A stretch of DNA of 63,616 nt, counting the filler, from Basidiobolus ranarum (Eukaryota), in the NCBI GenBank assembly GCA_040143965.1. It is 8 parts of 8 records of this genome, joined end to end, with 100 filler letters (N's around TTAATTAATTAA, not from the genome) between each part and the next. Parts side by side here need not be neighbours in the genome. Positions count along the whole stretch, not along the records: positions 23,978 to 31,852 come from JASJQH010007928.1; positions 31,953 to 39,821 come from JASJQH010007929.1; 6 more parts are not named here. The stretch is one strand, 5' to 3'. Below, one piece after another: positions 24,591-36,700 of this stretch; the first letter of the stretch is position 1; every line of letters begins with the position of its first letter. Both the position numbers and the translations under genes were made by a program. The notes under the pieces were generated by a model. The model worked only from the letters and a program-made list of their open reading frames with translations. It was not told the origin of the DNA and searched no databases.

Positions 24591-24917
24591 ATGATTCTTC
24601 CCGATAGGTCAGAGTTAAGTCTCGAGGATATATTCGAAGGAAATGTGAGAATACAATCGTTCAACGAAGAATCAGTATCATTGTTTATTTCTGGTTGTCC
24701 TGCTATGCATCTCTTTGAATTGATTATCTACTCAATTAAGCAAGAAGATGAGGAGGAAGTTCTTGCTGCTTTGAAAAGAGTGCTATACGAAGATGACTGG
24801 GATACAGACTTGCACAAGGTGATTGTTGTAGGCGGAAGCAAGCTACAGCTGTACAAGCTTTACTCCGACAATGGAGTTGACTCTCTCAAATTAATTCGAC
24901 ATCATGTTTCCCTTTAA
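24591..24917 (+). CDS. Small hypothetical protein or gene remnant
   Basis: 108-aa ATG ORF with protein-like composition and TATAAAA at ~24481. No recognised family. Confidence 0.3.
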   Translation: MILPDRSELSLEDIFEGNVRIQSFNEESVSLFISGCPAMHLFELIIYSIKQEDEEEVLAALKRVLYEDDWDTDLHKVIVVGGSKLQLYKLYSDNGVDSLKLIRHHVSL

Positions 24918-25663
24918 GACTTGTTATTGAGATCTGGAATGTGCTTTGGGGGTACAAACAGGTCAATTCACCACAAAGATCTATGATGAGCTTGTTTTAT
25001 TTTTAGCCAGGGGGTGTGGTATGTATGGTGTTGCATAATCTAAACTATCCACCGCAATTTTGCACTCTCTGCATCAATTGTATGTAATATATTCCAGGTT
25101 ATTGAATGAGTTTCTATTTAACAGATTTTAGTCCCCCTAATGACTCCAAGAATAATCCTCTATGATAAACTCACTAAACCATGGAAGCGTTTCATCAGCA
25201 GCAACATGGACCTTTTCGCTTTACTTGTAATGCATTTGTTTGGGTTCTATTCATGTAATAGTACAAATAAACCGGTATACTTCGTGAATTCTAAATCCAG
25301 CCCATAATGTTCATACCATATTCATGAACAGGCACACCACTTGCCCTACCCTCCCATCATTTGAGGCGTGAATATTTATGGTTGAAAAGCAGTAGTGGGG
25401 GTAACTGCTCGTTAGCAAACGACATGTTAATAGTAGGCATATTTGCATAATACTTCCTAAAGTATACATCAGCACAGCCTATTTCTCAGGATTATCTATT
25501 AAACAATCTCTCTTATCTACTTGGAGGAACAGTATTTTGACCTTTATCACACAACAAATTAGCACGTGGTGGAACAAGGGTGGCTCTTTTACTTATAGAA
25601 AATTTTGAACACTCATCAATTGGGGTCAAATCAAGACCTTTTGCAGAATCGGTGGTTTAAACA

Positions 25664-25951
25664 TATTAAAGTGTTTTGGGAGTTTATTGGAGGTGGTTTT
25701 TCGAACTAGAAGAATTGGTGTTTTTCACTTATTGAGTAGAAAGTTGATATTTATAGTTTTGTCAAGAGGTAAACAGAAAAACGTGTAGCATGTGTTAAGG
25801 AAGGCTTCTAGCACAAGTTTGAAAAATCTAAATATCTGAGAACTTCTAAGTTGGTAAAAATATTTTAAGTATATTCCTCTTGAGGTGATATCTTGGTTCA
25901 ATACGGAATAACTAAGTACTACGCTATATATGACTATAGAGGTGTTTAGGC
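25664..25951 (-). mobile_element. Family A LTR, truncated where the next copy abuts it
   Basis: Reverse-complement similarity to family A. Lacks its terminal ~15 bp at the 25951/25952 junction. Confidence 0.8.
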
Positions 25952-26274
25952 TGTTAAAGTATTTGGGAGCCTGTTGGTAGTGGTTTGGAGAAATAGAGAA
26001 GTTGGTGGTTTTCACTTATTGATTTATTGAGTTGAAAGTTGACATTTAGACTTTTGTCAAGATGTCAGCAAACTAAAATGCAGAATGTGTTAAGAAAAGT
26101 CCCAGGAGCATGTATGCAAAGTTTGGGGCTTCTAGCACAAGTTTTAAAAATCTATATATATCTCCAAATTTCTACGTACATTCCTCTTGAAGTGATATCT
26201 TAGTTCAATATGGAATAACTAAATACTAAACTATATATGACTATACAGGTCTTTAGGCAATGCTAATTTCAACA
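25952..26274 (-). mobile_element. Solo LTR family A
   Basis: TGTTAAAG...TTCAACA boundaries, full-length similarity to family A. Confidence 0.85.
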
Positions 26275-26405
26275 GAATATGCTTCTTGCCTATCACTAAG
26301 ATGCTATTTTGTAAAAAATGGCTCAGAATTCTTTGAATAATTAGTATTTCAACACACCATATTTATTGAGATGGTTTTGACAGTCACCCCTCTAACACTG
26401 GGAAC

Positions 26406-26727
26406 TGTTGAATTTAACATAGCCTAAACATCTATATAGTCATATATAGCTTAGTATTTAGTTATTCCATGTTGAACGAAGATATCACTTCAAGAGGAAT
26501 CTACTTAAGAGTTCTCAGATATATAGATTTTTAGAGCTTGTCCTAGAGGCCCCAAACTTTGCACACATGCTCCTGGAGCCTTTCTTAGCACATTCTACAC
26601 GACTGTTTGTTTATATCTTGACAAAAATATAAATGCTAACTGAATACTCAATACATTCATAAGTGAAAACCACCAATTCTGCTTGTTTGAAAGACCACTT
26701 CCAACAAGCTCCCCGAATACTTCAACA
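26406..26727 (+). mobile_element. Solo LTR family A with perfect 5-bp TSD GGAAC
   Basis: GGAAC-TGTTGAA...TTCAACA-GGAAC; 322 bp. Confidence 0.92.
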
Positions 26728-27960
26728 GGAACAGTCCCAATATGCCTGGGCATACTTTGATAGGGATCTCAATGCATTCAGACTCCACTTGCTCCCACAA
26801 TTTGGCTATACTAGCTTGTTCAATGTTGCACTGGGCAAGTTACTGCTTGAGGTGATGCTAGAGATGCTTGATAGGATTGCATTGGGATATGTGGTGTTTA
26901 CAGAGGTTTCTTCTATCTTTGAAATTGGTGTTGGTCGGGACCTGAGTAGTCTCAAAAATTCAATGAGATCATGTCGAAGTTGTTGACATATACTGGCATA
27001 CTGTATTGCATTTACTTCTTTTTCATGAAACGCTCAGTTTACACCATTCTTTGGTTGATCTATCGGTGTGACTAATCGATAATTATCTAATACTTTTCCA
27101 ATACACTCTAAGAACTTCTGGGATAATCAGCTGATGTCGAATCCCTAGACAATGTACTTCAATCATCTAACAATAATTTCACCACTCCTATTCTGCCTTT
27201 AGAACCAATCCAACGACTATATCTGCTATGTAAGGTGGCTTCAAAATGTTTCTCCAAAAGCTTACTATCACTGTACTTCCTCTTGAATCCTACTAATCTT
27301 GGCTATTTGCTGAATGAAGTAGGGACTAACGTGGAGATTCTAGTGGGCTTCAAAATAAACTTTCATTCTTATTACCAATCTATTCGATTCTAAAGGAATT
27401 CAAAGTATTCCCTTGATTTGGCTTGGTCGAGAAAATAGGATAAGAAATAATAATCCACTGATCGGTGAATCATGTATATATACTTGGTAGCTCCCGACTA
27501 ATCTAGCACTGTTTGTAGCATTTGGGAAACACCTGTGTATCCAATGAATCGGAGTCCAAACTTAAGTCAAGGAAATAAACCAAGCTGTTCCGACAACTTG
27601 TTTCATTAGAGTCGCTTTCAATTAGATCAAGTTACTATTTAGGTTTAATAACCTTATTGCAAGAATAAAATAGGACTGCCAACAATCTGATCTTTGATTT
27701 AATGTGAATGTATTTTCTGAGAGTATTCAAAACCTATTTTGGTAAAAGTCATCCATATATGAAGATATATATTGCCCGAAATATATTAAAACAATTGGTC
27801 ATCATCAATTATATGCAGGGCTAAATTATCTTAATTCTCAAGATAGATGCATAATTTAAGTCAGAATTTCTGGATCTAGAAATTGGATAATTAAGTAAAT
27901 ATACCTCTATATTACTACTAGCAAATACCCATACAACTAACCTTATAAATACACGAATGA

Positions 27961-28067
27961 GGAACAATCTAGATTGAAGTAGAAGTCACTGGAAATTGCT
28001 AGGAGTTACTAGGAATAGCTAGAATTCATTGGAAATACCAAATCGGTCCAATTATCTTCTATAAATA
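27961..28067 (+). promoter_or_regulatory. Extended heat-shock-element (nGAAn) array plus TATA box
   Basis: nGAAn-like pentamers recur every 10 bp (27961 GGAAC, 27981 AGAAG, 27991 GGAAA, 28021 AGAAT, 28031 GGAAA, with weaker units between). TATAAATA at ~28060. A further AGAATTTCTGGA lies at ~27864. Confidence 0.65.
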
Positions 28068-28145
28068 CCGAGTTCTTCTGTCAATATATCAATTATCAGT
28101 TTATTATTTATACACTAAACATTCAATCAAGCAATCAATCAAACA

Positions 28146-29141
28146 ATGACTACTTTCTTGCCATTTCATACTTTTGGCTCTCCATATATGTCCTTTCCTC
28201 GTTATCCAATCCAACGGCGGCAGTCATTATACAATGACCCCAGGGTATATTACCGTCGAGCTCAGCCAGAACAATACTACGTTCCTGAACGGAGAGTAGC
28301 TCACCCTACCTCTTATCCACTACAATATCTTACATCATCGCCTGATACATATTATACTCAACCAGCCAGATATAGTCCAAGTGAAAGGGATTACGACCAG
28401 TTACCAGATTTGGAGCAAGATGACTTTGTACATCCCTTCGCACCTAGAAGAATGAACTCGAAGTACCTACAACCCCAAAACCTGCCAGTAAATTCTAATA
28501 GAGCATGTCATGCTAAGAAACCTCTTAGTGACGATGCTCTCAAGTTGAAGATGGGTGAAGAAGAAGTTCATAGGCCTCAGGCATCAAATATCTCACAGAT
28601 GTCTAGTCGTATGGAGCAAGAGAAAAAACAACGTGCTTCATTAGCCGAAAATAGGAAATTGCTACTTCAGAAGCGAAATGAGGCAGCCAGAACTATTCAG
28701 CATCATTGGCGTCTCCATCATCAAAAGCAGCTAAATGCGGCATCCAGGAAAATTAGCAATTTTATCTCATCAAGAATTAAAATACGTGAAGCACGAGAGA
28801 TTCTAAACTGTCTGCGAAAGTTACGGGCTTACGAGGCAGAAGTTGATACCATTCATGAACGTCAGTCTGGAAGAGTCTTCAAGCATTCACTTGTATTTGC
28901 CACTTCTTCGGAGGATCCAGCCAAGGTGTTGCCGGTAAAAGAAAATCAAAATTACCTCGGTTATGAAGATGCTCTGCTCAAGATGCTCATTCGCATTGAT
29001 GAGGTCGATAGTATGGGATCAGATATTGTGCGAAGCACTAGAAAGATGCTAGTGAAGAAAACGCAGTCTCTCTTGGACCAGCTCGACGACTACAAAAGTG
29101 AACAATACGAGAAATTTCTACACAGTCACTATAGCCAGTGA
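28146..29141 (+). CDS. IQ-motif + BAG-domain Hsp70 co-chaperone
   Basis: IQ motif AARTIQHHWRLH. C-terminal BAG helices YLGYEDALLKMLIRIDEVDSMGSDIVRSTRKMLVKKTQSLLDQLD. Pro/Tyr-rich N-terminus. Confidence 0.85.
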   Translation: MTTFLPFHTFGSPYMSFPRYPIQRRQSLYNDPRVYYRRAQPEQYYVPERRVAHPTSYPLQYLTSSPDTYYTQPARYSPSERDYDQLPDLEQDDFVHPFAPRRMNSKYLQPQNLPVNSNRACHAKKPLSDDALKLKMGEEEVHRPQASNISQMSSRMEQEKKQRASLAENRKLLLQKRNEAARTIQHHWRLHHQKQLNAASRKISNFISSRIKIREAREILNCLRKLRAYEAEVDTIHERQSGRVFKHSLVFATSSEDPAKVLPVKENQNYLGYEDALLKMLIRIDEVDSMGSDIVRSTRKMLVKKTQSLLDQLDDYKSEQYEKFLHSHYSQ

Positions 29142-30484
29142 GGTGATTCCACTTGGCAGTATTATACTAAATCAAAGTACACTTGTTAATGCATATTGTT
29201 AATGAATATTTGTATATAGAATCATCAATAAACACATTTTCTACTATATTCTTTTGCATTCCAATTTATTTGATATCCAGATATTGTGCGTACAACCAAC
29301 TAAAGCAAAACATTTCTTAATATATGTTATGGTACCATTACACCTGCCTGGGAATGTCACCAGCGGTACAAGTTACATAACGATACGTGGAAAATTCCCC
29401 TAGCAAATCGATTGGGATAAGGCGGGATTGTCATAAAAGCTTCTCCTCAACTAAGAGTTCATTCATTGATGATGCAGCGAGCAAACATGTGAGAACCCAT
29501 GTTCTCTATCTGCCCATCAGTTGCTGTACAACCTGCATCTATGCAGCTTGGTAGTAGGATTAATATATATCAATAGCTCTATGATAAGCACTATTGTAGT
29601 TTTCTACAAATTGTTCATTACTTTATCTCGTTAGGGAAAATCCTTGATCTTACGCTATCTCTATTCCAGATGTGGAATATGGATTACGATTATGGGTTAG
29701 CCAACCAATCTGCCTCAAAACATTCCCATAAAACAGACAAGCTATCATCATTGATCTGATTGTAGGAAAATCCAAAGAAATATCTTAGCGTGTGACTTTG
29801 CAGACAAATGCTTCATACGTGGCAGATGATATTTCTTCATATAGTTTTGCATAAATTAATGAATTCGCGTAGTATTCGGGAAATAGGGAAGGGATTTGAG
29901 GAACCTTGAATAAGCTTGAAAATTCATGTCGAAAATCCACATTAGGTCTGCACTGGATACTTTTATTCACCCATCATGTGATTTTCGTATTTAAACATTG
30001 AAAGCAAAGAAGGAATTAAAATATGCTAAGTTCGAAGCATAAGCGTCATAACAATATAATATATACATGTAAATTAGAATATATACTGAGCTTGAACTTG
30101 TTGAGCGAAAAAATTTCAGAGCTTATCAAAATCTCAATAGCCGTATTTAATTGAACACGAGTACTGTGATGATATTTCGGAAAGAGGGAGTAAAGTTTGT
30201 AGGCTTGGCAGCGAGACGAGGAATGATTGTTTCCAAAATGGAGGGTAAACATTTGCATATAAGAGAATAAATGGGTGTGGTGGAGAGTGTAACTGAGTGA
30301 GAAGATATAGAATGAGCTACATCAATTAGATCAACGCTGCAAAAAAGTGGTGATGTTTACTATTACATATTAGAGATGATATTTAGCTCAAGAATTGCAG
30401 ATACACCTATTGGTTTATTTTGTTTCAAGTATTGTAGCATTTCAGATCAATTCTAGTCGATTGAAAGGTTGATTTCATTTAAAG

Positions 30485-30979
30485 TTAGTGACTTAAATAC
30501 CCAGCTAACACTATGGCTACACCACTCAATACTGTTAGTGGTTTGAAAAGTGAATCTCCTCCATTTGGATGGTTACTATTACTTGGGGCTGGAGCTGGAT
30601 TGTTGGCTACTGGAGTAGTTGCTATTGGTTGTTGGGGTGTACTTCCAGAGTTATTTCCATCACCGCCTGGTTGGGTTGGTGCCGGACTTGGTTGAGAATT
30701 TTCCGGATTAGGTTGGTTCTGCGATGTTTGGCCATCATGATTTGGGTTACTAGTATCACTGCTGCCGCCACCATTTCCATTTCCATCACTGTTAGTGTTG
30801 CCATTCCCTCCATTGCCACTACAATATGCCGATCCAGTACCACAGAAGCCCCAAGTAGAACAGCAAGATCCGGTAGGACATTCGACTCCGTTCCCACATG
30901 TACCATCCAAACTGACAGAAGCTTGGTAAACTGGAGCCATACAGGCGATCAAAGCAACAGTTACAAGAGTAGATTTCAT
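30485..30979 (-). CDS. Secreted, probably GPI-anchored hevein-like (CBM18) chitin-binding protein
   Basis: Likely start is MKSTLVTVALIA (signal peptide). Hevein motif CGNGVECPTGSCCSTWGFCGTGSAYC, a G/N/P/S/T-rich stalk and a hydrophobic C-terminus. Confidence 0.88.
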   Translation of the reverse strand: MKSTLVTVALIACMAPVYQASVSLDGTCGNGVECPTGSCCSTWGFCGTGSAYCSGNGGNGNTNSDGNGNGGGSSDTSNPNHDGQTSQNQPNPENSQPSPAPTQPGGDGNNSGSTPQQPIATTPVANNPAPAPSNSNHPNGGDSLFKPLTVLSGVAIVLAGYLSH

Positions 30980-31952
30980 GGTTATATTAATGATTTGGTT
31001 TAGTGATCGGATTGTGTGATATCGTTTGATATTCAAGGTTAATGAGCTTTCTTTAAACCTTGCGCTCTCGTATTTATACACGTAAAGAGGTGCTCCCATG
31101 TTCATGCAAATTGAATACCACTCTAAATGTTACATCATTCCGTCACAGAATCTTGGAATTTAAGTCATCCATTCGTAGGAATGGTGAATTTTGCATCATC
31201 ATGGAAAGATCTATCCAAATTGCTCGGTCAACATTGCTACTAAAACAGATGATAACTCACTCGATATCACCCAGCAAACCTTAGCCACTGGGAAGTTAGT
31301 TACCAGTGCCACACCTAGTTCATGATGTATGTAACTATGCAACATCACAAGCGCTATATTGATATCTAAATTCGAAACTCACTACTCCTACCATAACAAG
31401 ATTAAATGGTCCTAATCGCATAAATCTCCTTAACTATGTAGATTAAGTTACTTTATGCCTCTTTACTCAGCTTCTTCCTATTCTTATTGTAGTTGATTGT
31501 ATACATCCAATTTTTCTGCTGCTTGCTCTATCACCATTTGGTAGCATTTCTTGTCAGCTTTAGGGTACCATGGGAGTGCAAGCCTATTTGTGTATGTGTC
31601 TCTCTCAAATCTAACACTATTCTTCCCATCAGTTAGAAAATTAATGTTATTTGCTAGTATAGATGATGCTGTGCACCAGCATACAAAGTTGTTTAACTTA
31701 CACCATCTCTATACAACTTGAATGAGTATCTGTTTACTTTATTGGACTTGTTCCTTTGTGCCAGGATTTATTGGACCTTGGATCAATATATTAGAGTAAA
31801 TGTGATTGAAATTGATCATGCCAGAGGGTGATGGATAGTGCCAAATTGTGCCNNNNNNNNNNNNNNNNNNNNNNNNNNNNNNNNNNNNNNNNNNNNTTAA
31901 TTAATTAANNNNNNNNNNNNNNNNNNNNNNNNNNNNNNNNNNNNNNNNNNNN

Positions 31953-32159
31953 CAAGTTTATGAAGAAATGCGGGATACTTGCCAAGCAATGAAGCGCAAT
32001 ACAAATCCTCCAGGCTTTTGTCGCGATAGTGGAGATTGCCAAGCAGGGTATGAATGCCGTAGGCACCAATGCTGGAAGTCGATTACCAATATAAATTCTC
32101 CTGCGTTTTGCCGAGATAGTGGTGATTGTGAATCAGGCTATATGATTAGTACCAATTGA
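31953..32159 (+). CDS. 3' end of a short paralog or truncated duplicate of the Cys-repeat nuclease gene (5' part lost at contig start)
   Basis: 31953-32144 is colinear and highly similar to 34460-34651 (192 bp). It then diverges and stops at YMISTN*. Confidence 0.7.
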   Translation, partial: QVYEEMRDTCQAMKRNTNPPGFCRDSGDCQAGYECRRHQCWKSITNINSPAFCRDSGDCESGYMISTN

Positions 32160-33796
32160 TATATGTCAACTCTCGTGTTTCGTAATGTCTACGGATCAGT
32201 ACAAGACTCATGTTGATATTTGTAACAAAAATGATTAAAGTATCATGAAAGGAATTCCGGTTCAATTGATTTATTGGCAACACATATTGTATTTGGATTG
32301 TATGCCCAACAAGTGAATTAGATTTAACTTGGATATTGTGTATATAATTATACAGCGAAAACCATTTGTTTCATTAGCAGTGGACATGCTGGGCGCTTGA
32401 TTGGGAACTCTTAAATCCCAAAAGATTGAATCCATAGAAGAATAAGTACTTAAATTGATTTTGTGATTAAAGAATACATGTCAATTTATATTCAAGAGGG
32501 CATCTAAATTTTACAATACTCAGGCTATCAATCAATCTAACATTTTTTGTTTATATGATTTGCTTGTACTCGATCAGGCTGAATGTTTAATCCTATATTT
32601 TTGCATTCAAGAGTTACGGCATGCAAGATATACTATCTAGTAAAAAAGTGCATGCGTTATCTCCCTTTTCGATTTAATGACAACTCTATTTGGAATTTAA
32701 ATGATATATTTGGATTTGGTAATCATCTGTGTACTATTACCAAATTCAGAGCACATACACTGCAAGCAAGGCATTTTCTAAGTGGAAATTGCAGTACATT
32801 GAGTTTCTCCAATAATTTTTTCCTGGAATTTTCCAACTAATGAATTGTACTACAAAATCCATGCTAGAGGTCTGAGTCAGGCAGAAATATTTCGGTGTTG
32901 GCTAAGTTAGTATATGTAGTTAATTACAGGAAAATCTGGCTAGGATAGAAAAGGCGATCTGGAATCGTGTTGTCATCTTGCCATTTAATACTGCCTTCGT
33001 AGAGTCACCTAAGTATCCTAATGCGAGAAAGTGTGACTTAACTCTACTTAACAGGTTAAATATTTATGCACGATCATTTTTGGTCGAAGAGGCTGGTATG
33101 TATCGGCAGGAAGAATTATACAATAGTTCAACTATAAAATCCAAAACCTTAAATTTTTCAACTAATGTATTGTACTACAAACTGCCGAGTAGTTGCTGCC
33201 AAATATTGAATCACAAATTACAAGCACATAACTATGGTGGAGCCCACCTTAATATCATGACTCTCGTGCCTATCTAGTTGAAATCCTATGGTTTGAGGAT
33301 TTTGTAGGAATTTTGAGAACTACAGTAATTATATATCACATACAGCTGATCGCTGATTGTTCAGAATTAAAGTTTAATTATCTTCAGAGAAACACTAAAG
33401 CAAACGTTCATAGATCTTTTGCAACTGACCAGCTTGTTAAGAAACGTGAATACTCCAAGTTTACTTTGCCAACGGATAAAATAATGACACTCAACCCGAT
33501 TATACCAATGAGCTGCAATATTCGGTTTTCTATATCTTACTTGTATAACCTGTACCAAGTTTTTGCAATAAAATTAGTAGCATCATTAAGACTTGCAAAC
33601 TTCCACTGTTACAGCAATTATAGCATCGCATAGTATTGCAGATTGGAATGGCAAAATGGAAGATGGTCATATAATGAAAAATATCACTGAGGATGTTCTT
33701 ATCACATAAATACCTTAAATATCTTTGCAAACAAAGACCCAAAGTCATATTGGAACAGCTGTTGAGTCGGCACCAAATAACAAATCAATTCTTCAA

Positions 33797-36700
33797 ATGC
33801 TTCGTTGGAACATTGTACTCCGAACATTGCTCTTGCCAGTATGTTTCTTGCTCTATGCTGAGGGGCTAATATCGACTCGTCCATGTAACTATAAAACCTA
33901 TCCCTTGGGATTAAGCTTGAGCAGCCAGGATTCCCCACCTACGGTGCAGACACCAGCTAAGCGTGACTCCTATAGGTGGCCCATACACATCAGACGGTGT
34001 GAGTTTGGAGGTCTTATGCCACTGATGGCTACTGAATTTACATGTGAAACTGTACGTAAAATTTCAAATACTAAATGTGGCTCTAAACCGTAATCTCTCA
34101 GCTCTTCTTTGATCTTTTCAAGCAATTAACCATTTATAATATCCAACTAATAACTTGCTGTCTCCAACCATATAGCCTCTTCATATTACTGGTTGCAGTA
34201 GTATTTCACCCAAGTGCACCTGTGCTGACGTTCCAAAAGCTTGGGAGATTGAGGCTTGTTATGGAATCCTTGAGTCACCAGTATCTAAAGAGTGTATGGA
34301 CGGCATTTGGCGGAAATTTAATTGTCCATTACCAATGCTGGATCCTTATGGCCACGGGTTAGTATTTATCATATCCAAGTATCATACAAAACGTGCCCAT
34401 TACTAAACGAATTGCTTGAAAATTGGATTTATCAAAGGTGGTTTTATGTCGATGTCAATCAAGTTTATGAAGAAATGCGCGATGCTTGCCAAGCCATGAA
34501 GCGTAATACAAATCCTCCAGGATTTTGTCGCGATAGTGGAGATTGCCAAGCAGGGTATGAATGCCGTAGGCACCAATGCTGGAAGTCGATTACCAATATA
34601 AATCCTTCTGGGTTTTGCCGAGATAGTGGTGATTGTGGACCGGGCTATATGTGCCGCATGCACACTTGCTGGAAGGAAATCACTAACCCATCACCATATA
34701 ACGCATGTAATGACGAGAATGACTGTCCAGGAGACCAGACTTGCATTAACGGCCGATGTGGCAACGAAGAACAACAGAGTCAGTGCAAAGATGAGAATGA
34801 CTGTCCTGGAGACCTAGTTTGTAATCATGGTACTTGCAGCGATGAGAATAATGCTGAACAGTGCAAGAGTGAAAATGATTGTCCTGGAGACCAAGTCTGT
34901 AATCATGGTACTTGCAGCGATGAGAATAATACTGAACAGTGCAAGAGTGAAAATGATTGTCCTGGAGACCAAGTCTGTAGTGATGGTACTTGCAGCAGTG
35001 AGAATAATATTGATCAGTGCAAGAGCGAGAACGACTGCTCTGGAGACCAAATCTGTAACCATGGGGTTTGCATTGATGAGGATAGTGCTAATCGGTGCAA
35101 GAGCGAGAACGACTGTCCTGGGTATCAAGTCTGTAACCAAGGTATTTGCAGTGATGAGAAGAATACTAATCAGTGTGAAAGTGAAAATGACTGTCCCGGA
35201 GACCAAGTCTGTAATCACGGCACTTGCAGCGATGAGAATAGTGCTGATCAGTGCAAAAACGAGAACGACTGTCCTGGGTATCAAGTCTGTAACCACGGTA
35301 TTTGCAGTGATGAGAAAAATACTAATCAGTGCAGGAGTGAAAATGACTGTCCCGGAGACCAGGTCTGTAACCATGGTACTTGCAGCGAGGATAATACTGT
35401 TAATCAGTGCAAGAGCGAGAACGACTGTCCTGAGGATCAAATTTGTAACCATGGCATTTGCAGTGATGCAAAGAATACTGATCAGTGCAAAAGTGAAAAC
35501 GACTGTCCCGGAGATCAAGTCTGTAACGAAGATATTTGCAGTGATGAGCAGAAGTCTGAACAATGCAGGAGCGAGAACGATTGCCCTGGAGAGCATGTCT
35601 GTGATAATGGTACTTGCAGTAGCAATAAGAACACCGGCCAATGCAAGACTGAGAATGACTGTCCTGACGACCAAGTTTGTAATAACGGTGCTTGTAGTGG
35701 AGAGAGCAATGCTAGCCAGTGCAAGAGAAAGAAAGACTGTCCTGACGACCAAGTCTGTAATAATGGCACTTGCAGTGACGATAAGAATACTGGCCAATGT
35801 AAGAGTGAAGAAGACTGTCCTGACGACCAAGCCTGTAATATCGGTACTTGCAGTGGAGACAAGAATGCTGACCAATGTAAGAGTGAGAACGACTGTCCTG
35901 AAGATCAAGTTTGTAATAACGGTACCTGCAGTAGTGATAAAAAGCATGCTCAATGCCAAACGGATGCTGATTGTCCGCAAGATACCGTCTGTAATGATGG
36001 AACTTGTAGGGAAATGGTGAATGAGAAGCAGTGCACTCAAGAAGATGACTGCCGAAATGGTCAAACATGCCGCAATGGCACCTGTAGTGATATCGAATTG
36101 AAGAAATGTAGGAATAACGGCGAATGTGGCTCTAAGCAAGTATGTATTAATGGATCGTGTACTAACCAACTCATTGATGAGCCTCAGTGTACTTCAAATC
36201 GAGACTGTGGTAGAAATGAAAAGTGCAAAAAAGGAAAATGTAAAAGTGATGGCGGTGGTTTTTTCCCATTACCATTACCACTACCATTGATTCCGGGATT
36301 CCCTCCTGCATTTTCACCAATAACTTGTCTGCCAGGCTACTGTCTATCCCCTTGGTGCCCACAATGTAACAACAATGAAAAAAAATATGATCCTCCATCA
36401 AAGAAGGAATACAAACCCTCATTTCAATGCAAAAAGGACCAGGACTGTCTCGGAGATAAAATCTGTCTCCAAAATATCTGCAAAGACCCTGGTGTCGATG
36501 GATGTAAATCTGATGATGAGTGCTTTGGTAATATGGCCTGCAGAAATAGGATTTGTACTGGATGCCTTGTAGATACAGATTGCCCAGGGTCCTTACTATG
36601 TCGATCAAAACAATGCGTCAGTTGTGATCAACTGGAAGGCCATTTATTCAAGCGCAGTTTCCCCATAAATTTTATCCAGAAGCGAGCTCAAAGTTGTCCT

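Noticed and set aside
25725-26986. ORFs 25725-26015 and 26663-26986 (also 9755-10006)
   Set aside because: They lie in or start within LTR sequence; not credible genes.
34814-36169. Long alternative-frame and antisense ORFs (451 aa, 397 aa) over the repeat
   Set aside because: Shadow ORFs produced by the stop-poor tandem repeat; the Cys frame is the one continuous with the signal peptide and nuclease.
34700-36245. CRISPR-like regular repeat array
   Set aside because: In-frame coding tandem repeat with no unique spacers, no cas genes, and a eukaryotic context.
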